Shown piece by piece: positions 15,519 through 18,373 of a DNA stretch of 18,373 nucleotides. The notes under the pieces are model-generated. The model saw nothing but the letters and a program-made list of their open reading frames with translations, was not told where the DNA came from and ran no database searches. Each line of letters starts with the position of its first letter. Within the stretch, counting starts at the first letter, position 1. This stretch comes from Dickeya dadantii NCPPB 898. GTDB taxonomy: Bacteria > Pseudomonadota > Gammaproteobacteria > Enterobacterales > Enterobacteriaceae. The stretch spans positions 1,634,078-1,652,450 of the forward strand of contig NZ_CM001976.1 in NCBI RefSeq assembly GCF_000406145.1, in the 5' to 3' direction. Position numbers and translations under genes: made by a program.

Positions 15519-15542
15519 GTGGTACAGCAAGTGGTACAGCAA
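15519..15542. repeat. Exact tandem duplication GTGGTACAGCAA x2 immediately upstream of citC
   Basis: Copies at 15519-15530 and 15531-15542 are identical. The second ends 17 nt before the citC ATG and 4 nt before its CAGGA ribosome-binding site. Confidence 0.85.
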
Positions 15543-15559
15543 AAAGCAGGATAACCGTT

Positions 15560-16603
15560 ATGTACGCCGATGAGAGTTTTACGTTTGCCACGCTGGATGT
15601 TCGCGTCCAACCCCGTGAACTGGCGGAAGTCAGTCAGTTTCTCGGGCGGTGCCAGTTGGGCATGGACAGGGATATCGAGTTTTTTGTGGTGGGCAGACAT
15701 AACGGCCAGCTGGTGGCCTGCGCCGGACTGTGCGCGAATACCATCAAGTGTGTGGCGGTAGACCCCGATTATCGTGACCGCAATCTGGGGGTGAAGGTGG
15801 TGAACGAGGTGGTGCAGTTCGCCGCCGGGCGCGGTCAGTTCCACCTGTTTCTCTACACCCGTCCCTGCAATATTCCGGTTTTCCGCGGCTGTGGCTTCTA
15901 CCCGCTGGCCTGTTATGACGACCAGGCCGTGCTGATGGAAAACACGCCCATCGGCATCAAACAGTATTGTCAGTCGCTGGCGACGCAGGTCAAACCGGGC
16001 CGGGACATCGGCGCCATCGTGATGAACGCCAACCCGTTCACGCTGGGGCACCGTTATCTGGCCGAGCAGGCCGCCCGCGCCTGCGACTGGCTGCATATCT
16101 TCGTGGTGCGGGAAGACGTGTCGTTTTTCCCGTTCACCGAACGGCTGGAGATGGTGCGTCAGGGCGTGGCGCATATTCCGAATCTGACGGTGCACGCCGG
16201 GTCGGAATACATGATCTCCAAGGCCACCTTCCCGGGCTATTTCCTGAAGGAAGAGAAACTGATTACCCAGGCGCATGCGGCGCTGGATCTGATCATCTTT
16301 CGCCGGTACATCGCCCCGGCGCTCGGTATTACCCGGCGCTTCGTCGGCACCGAGCCGTTCTGCCCGGTCACGCATCAGTACAACCAGGATATGCACCACT
16401 GGCTGGAGCAGGCCGGGCAGGTGGCCGCCCCGGCGCTGGAAGTGGTGGAAATTGAACGCACCCGCGAACACTCCGGCCTGGCGATTTCCGCCTCTGAAGT
16501 GCGCCGGTTACTGAAGCTGCGTCAGTTTGAAGCTATCCGCGAGATTGTCCCGGCGACCACGTTTGCGCATTTACAACGCTATGGCGAACTCGCCTGTGCG
16601 TAA
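15560..16603 (+). CDS. citC: [Citrate (pro-3S)-lyase] ligase (acetate:SH-citrate lyase ligase)
   Basis: It has an N-terminal GNAT-like domain (IKCVAVDPDYRDRNLG) plus a cytidylyltransferase-like domain (IVMNANPFTLGHRYLAEQA, FVGTEPFCPVTHQYN). It sits directly upstream of citD, citE and citF. The ATG at 15560 follows CAGGA. Confidence 0.92.
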   Translation: MYADESFTFATLDVRVQPRELAEVSQFLGRCQLGMDRDIEFFVVGRHNGQLVACAGLCANTIKCVAVDPDYRDRNLGVKVVNEVVQFAAGRGQFHLFLYTRPCNIPVFRGCGFYPLACYDDQAVLMENTPIGIKQYCQSLATQVKPGRDIGAIVMNANPFTLGHRYLAEQAARACDWLHIFVVREDVSFFPFTERLEMVRQGVAHIPNLTVHAGSEYMISKATFPGYFLKEEKLITQAHAALDLIIFRRYIAPALGITRRFVGTEPFCPVTHQYNQDMHHWLEQAGQVAAPALEVVEIERTREHSGLAISASEVRRLLKLRQFEAIREIVPATTFAHLQRYGELACA

Positions 16604-16635
16604 CGTGTTTTTAATGTCTTAAGCAGGTAAACAAC

Positions 16636-16926
16636 ATGAAAATTATCAAGGAGGCCCTGGCGGGCACCTTTGAATCCAGCGATTTGCTGGTCAGGGTGGC
16701 GCCGGCGGAAGGCCCGTTGACCGTGGTGATCAACAGCGAGGTCATCAAACAGTTTGGCGCGCAGATCACGCAGGTGGTGAACGACACCCTGCGCACGCTG
16801 GGCGTGGAGTCCGGCACCATCGTGGTCGAGGACAAGGGCGCGCTGGACTGCGTGATCCGTGCCCGGGTGCAGAGCGCGGTGCTGCGCGCCGCCGGCGTGG
16901 AAGACATTGACTGGGAGACACTGTGA
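16636..16926 (+). CDS. citD: Citrate lyase acyl carrier protein (gamma subunit)
   Basis: 96 aa. [23 protein letters not shown]...[10 protein letters not shown]...[13 protein letters not shown] parallels E. coli CitD as I recall it (AGTLESGDVMIRIAP...DKGALDCILRARL). The prosthetic-group Ser14 is conserved. Confidence 0.93.
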   Translation: MKIIKEALAGTFESSDLLVRVAPAEGPLTVVINSEVIKQFGAQITQVVNDTLRTLGVESGTIVVEDKGALDCVIRARVQSAVLRAAGVEDIDWETL

Positions 16927-17815
16927 TGACACCACTCAGCCGAAAAAACTGCGCCGCAGCATGCTGTTCCTGCCGGGCGCCAACGCCGCCATGTTGTCCA
17001 ACGCCTTTATCTACCAGCCGGACTCCATCATGTTCGACCTGGAAGACGCCGTGTCCCTGCGTGAGAAAGACACCGCGCGCCTGCTGGTGTACCACGCGCT
17101 GCAGCACCCGATGTACCGGGATATTGAAACCGTGGTGCGCATCAACCAGCTCAACACCCCGTTCGGCCTGAAAGACCTGGAAGCGGCGGTGCGGGGCGGC
17201 GTGGATGTCATTCGCCTGCCGAAAACCGACTCCACCGACGATGTCGATGAACTGGAGCATCACCTGGCGCGCATCGAAAAAGCGTGCGGACGTGACGTCG
17301 GCTCTACCCGCATCATGGCGGCGATCGAGTCCGCGGTCGGGGTGATCAACGCGGTGTCTATCGCCCGCTCCTCCGAGCGGATGATCGGCATCGCGCTGGC
17401 GGCGTTCGACTATGTGATGGACATGCAGACCGAACGCGGCGACGGTACCGAACTGTTCTACGCCCGCTGTGCGGTGCTGCATGCCGCCCGTGCCGCCGGT
17501 ATCGATGCCTTTGACGTGGTGTACTCCAACGTCAACGACGAAGACGGTTTCCTGAAAGAAGTGGATCTGATCCGCCGGCTGGGCTTCAACGGCAAGTCGC
17601 TGATCAACCCGCGTCAGATTGAACTGCTGCACAACGCCTACGCGCCGACCCAGGATGAGGTGGACTACGCCCATCTGGTCATCAGGGCGGCGGAAGACGG
17701 CGAACGCGCCGGTCTGGGGGTCATTTCGCTGAACGGAAAAATGATCGACGGCCCGATTATCGACCACGCCCGCCGGGTGGTGGAGCGCGCGCTGGCGTCC
17801 GGCGTACGCCAATAG
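16907..17815 (+). CDS. citE: Citrate lyase beta subunit (citryl-CoA lyase); start codon ambiguous
   Basis: The body, [72 protein letters not shown]...[30 protein letters not shown], is collinear with E. coli CitE. In-frame start candidates are GTG 16859, TTG 16907 (giving 302 aa) and ATG 16961. The stop-coupled ATG at 16926 is in a different frame (see finding). The stop at 17815 is secure. Confidence 0.85.
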   Translation: MTGRHCDDTTQPKKLRRSMLFLPGANAAMLSNAFIYQPDSIMFDLEDAVSLREKDTARLLVYHALQHPMYRDIETVVRINQLNTPFGLKDLEAAVRGGVDVIRLPKTDSTDDVDELEHHLARIEKACGRDVGSTRIMAAIESAVGVINAVSIARSSERMIGIALAAFDYVMDMQTERGDGTELFYARCAVLHAARAAGIDAFDVVYSNVNDEDGFLKEVDLIRRLGFNGKSLINPRQIELLHNAYAPTQDEVDYAHLVIRAAEDGERAGLGVISLNGKMIDGPIIDHARRVVERALASGVRQ

Positions 17816-17844
17816 GCGCAGACCGGGTAACCGAGAGTTTCCGC

Positions 17845-17880
17845 ACGGGCCGGCGGCGTGATGTCGCGCCGGCGGGCCGT
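17845..17880. other. GC-rich bulged hairpin in the 85-nt citE-citF spacer
   Basis: GCCGGCG (17849-17855) pairs with CGCCGGC (17867-17873). The outer ACGG (17845-17848) pairs with CCGT (17877-17880) across a GGG bulge. No U-tract follows. Confidence 0.45.
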
Positions 17881-17900
17881 CGCAATGACAGGATTGGATC

Positions 17901-18373
17901 ATGAGTAATTTTATTGAAGCACTGCAGCAGCACTATCCGGAAAAAAGCCCTCTGCAACCGTTCGTCAATGCCAACCACCGTACCCCCTGGCTGAATGACG
18001 TCACCGAAAAACACCAGCGCAAGCTGTGTGCCGATCTTGAAGAGGCCATTCGCAAAAGCGGTCTGCAGGACGGCATGACCATTTCGTTCCACCACGCCTT
18101 CCGTGAAGGCGACAAGGTGATTAACCATGTGGTGGATACGCTGGCTCGTCTGGGGTTTAAAAACCTGACGCTGGCCTCCAGTTCGCTGATGACCTGCAAC
18201 GCGCCGCTGATCGAGCATATCCGCAATGGCGTGATCAGCCGCATCTACACCTCCGGTATGCGCGGCAAGCTGGCGGACGCCATTTCGCACGGCCTGATGA
18301 AAGAGCCGGTGCAGATTCACTCGCACGGCGGCCGCGTGCATCTGCTGCAGAGCGGCGAACTGAAGATTGACGT
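17901..18373 (+). CDS. citF: Citrate lyase alpha subunit (citrate CoA-transferase), 5' part; it continues beyond the window
   Basis: My own translation from the ATG at 17901: MSNFIEALQQHYPEKSPLQPF...RKLCADLEEAIRKSGLQDGMTISFHHAFREGDKVINHVVDTLARLGFKNLTLASSSLMTCNAPLIEHIRNGVISRIYTSGMRGKLADAISHGLMKEPVQIHSHGGRVHLLQSGELKIDV. This closely parallels E. coli CitF as I recall it (RKLCANLEEAIRRSGLQDGMTVSFHHAFR...IHSHGGRVHLVQSGELNIDV). It is absent from the ORF track only because no stop occurs before the window ends. Confidence 0.92.
   Translation, partial: MSNFIEALQQHYPEKSPLQPFVNANHRTPWLNDVTEKHQRKLCADLEEAIRKSGLQDGMTISFHHAFREGDKVINHVVDTLARLGFKNLTLASSSLMTCNAPLIEHIRNGVISRIYTSGMRGKLADAISHGLMKEPVQIHSHGGRVHLLQSGELKID

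Noticed and set aside
15519-15542. A sigma-54 promoter reading of TGGTACAGCAAGTGGTAC
   Set aside because: TGGTAC resembles the -24 TGGCAC element, but the sequence 5 nt downstream (GTGGT) does not match the -12 TTGCW element on either strand.
14570-18341. Very long minus-strand ORFs (14570-16471 at 633 aa, 16766-17902 at 378 aa, 17757-18341 at 194 aa) opposite the FAH, citC, citE and citF genes
   Set aside because: These are Arg/His/Gly/Val-rich shadow frames of GC-rich genes. The plus-strand products align along their whole length with well-known citrate lyase components and the FAH family.

Overview
High-GC enterobacterial-type chromosome segment. A Dickeya/Pectobacteriaceae- or Serratia-like host is my inference, not something I could verify. 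Left: a four-gene Fe(III)-siderophore ABC importer (FecBCDE/CbrABCD-like, 294-4093), then an RraA/HMG-aldolase-family gene (4189-4824) whose 3' end runs into a decayed IS630-family transposase (about 4810-5436, minus strand). Middle: a roughly 3.5 kb cassette (5552-9020) encoding an XRE-cupin regulator, a phosphinothricin/methionine-sulfoximine-type acetyltransferase, an OsmC-like protein, an M24 peptidase and a second GNAT. It is closed on the right by a C-terminal IS3-family transposase stub (9071-9334), which also truncates a HicB-like antitoxin gene (9337-9561). Right: an MBL-fold hydrolase, then an AT-richer LysR / PrpF-family isomerase / YnfM-like MFS module with a clear inverted-repeat operator. 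Next come a composite tandem-repeat array (14320-14519), a FAH-family gene, and the citrate lyase genes citC-citD-citE-citF (citF runs off the window). Most worth a second look: (1) the IS-bracketed two-acetyltransferase plus peptidase cassette, possibly an antimetabolite detoxification module; (2) the LysR-PrpF-MFS module beside a FAH enzyme and citrate lyase, possibly a tricarboxylate (aconitate/citrate) catabolic neighbourhood; (3) the two oppositely oriented repeat arrays around a hairpin; (4) the citE 5' end, where the coupled TGATG start is out of frame with the CitE body and the frames meet at an A_AAA_AAC heptamer. No rRNA, tRNA or CRISPR array was seen. All family assignments come from reading the translated ORFs and recalling motifs; no searches were run.
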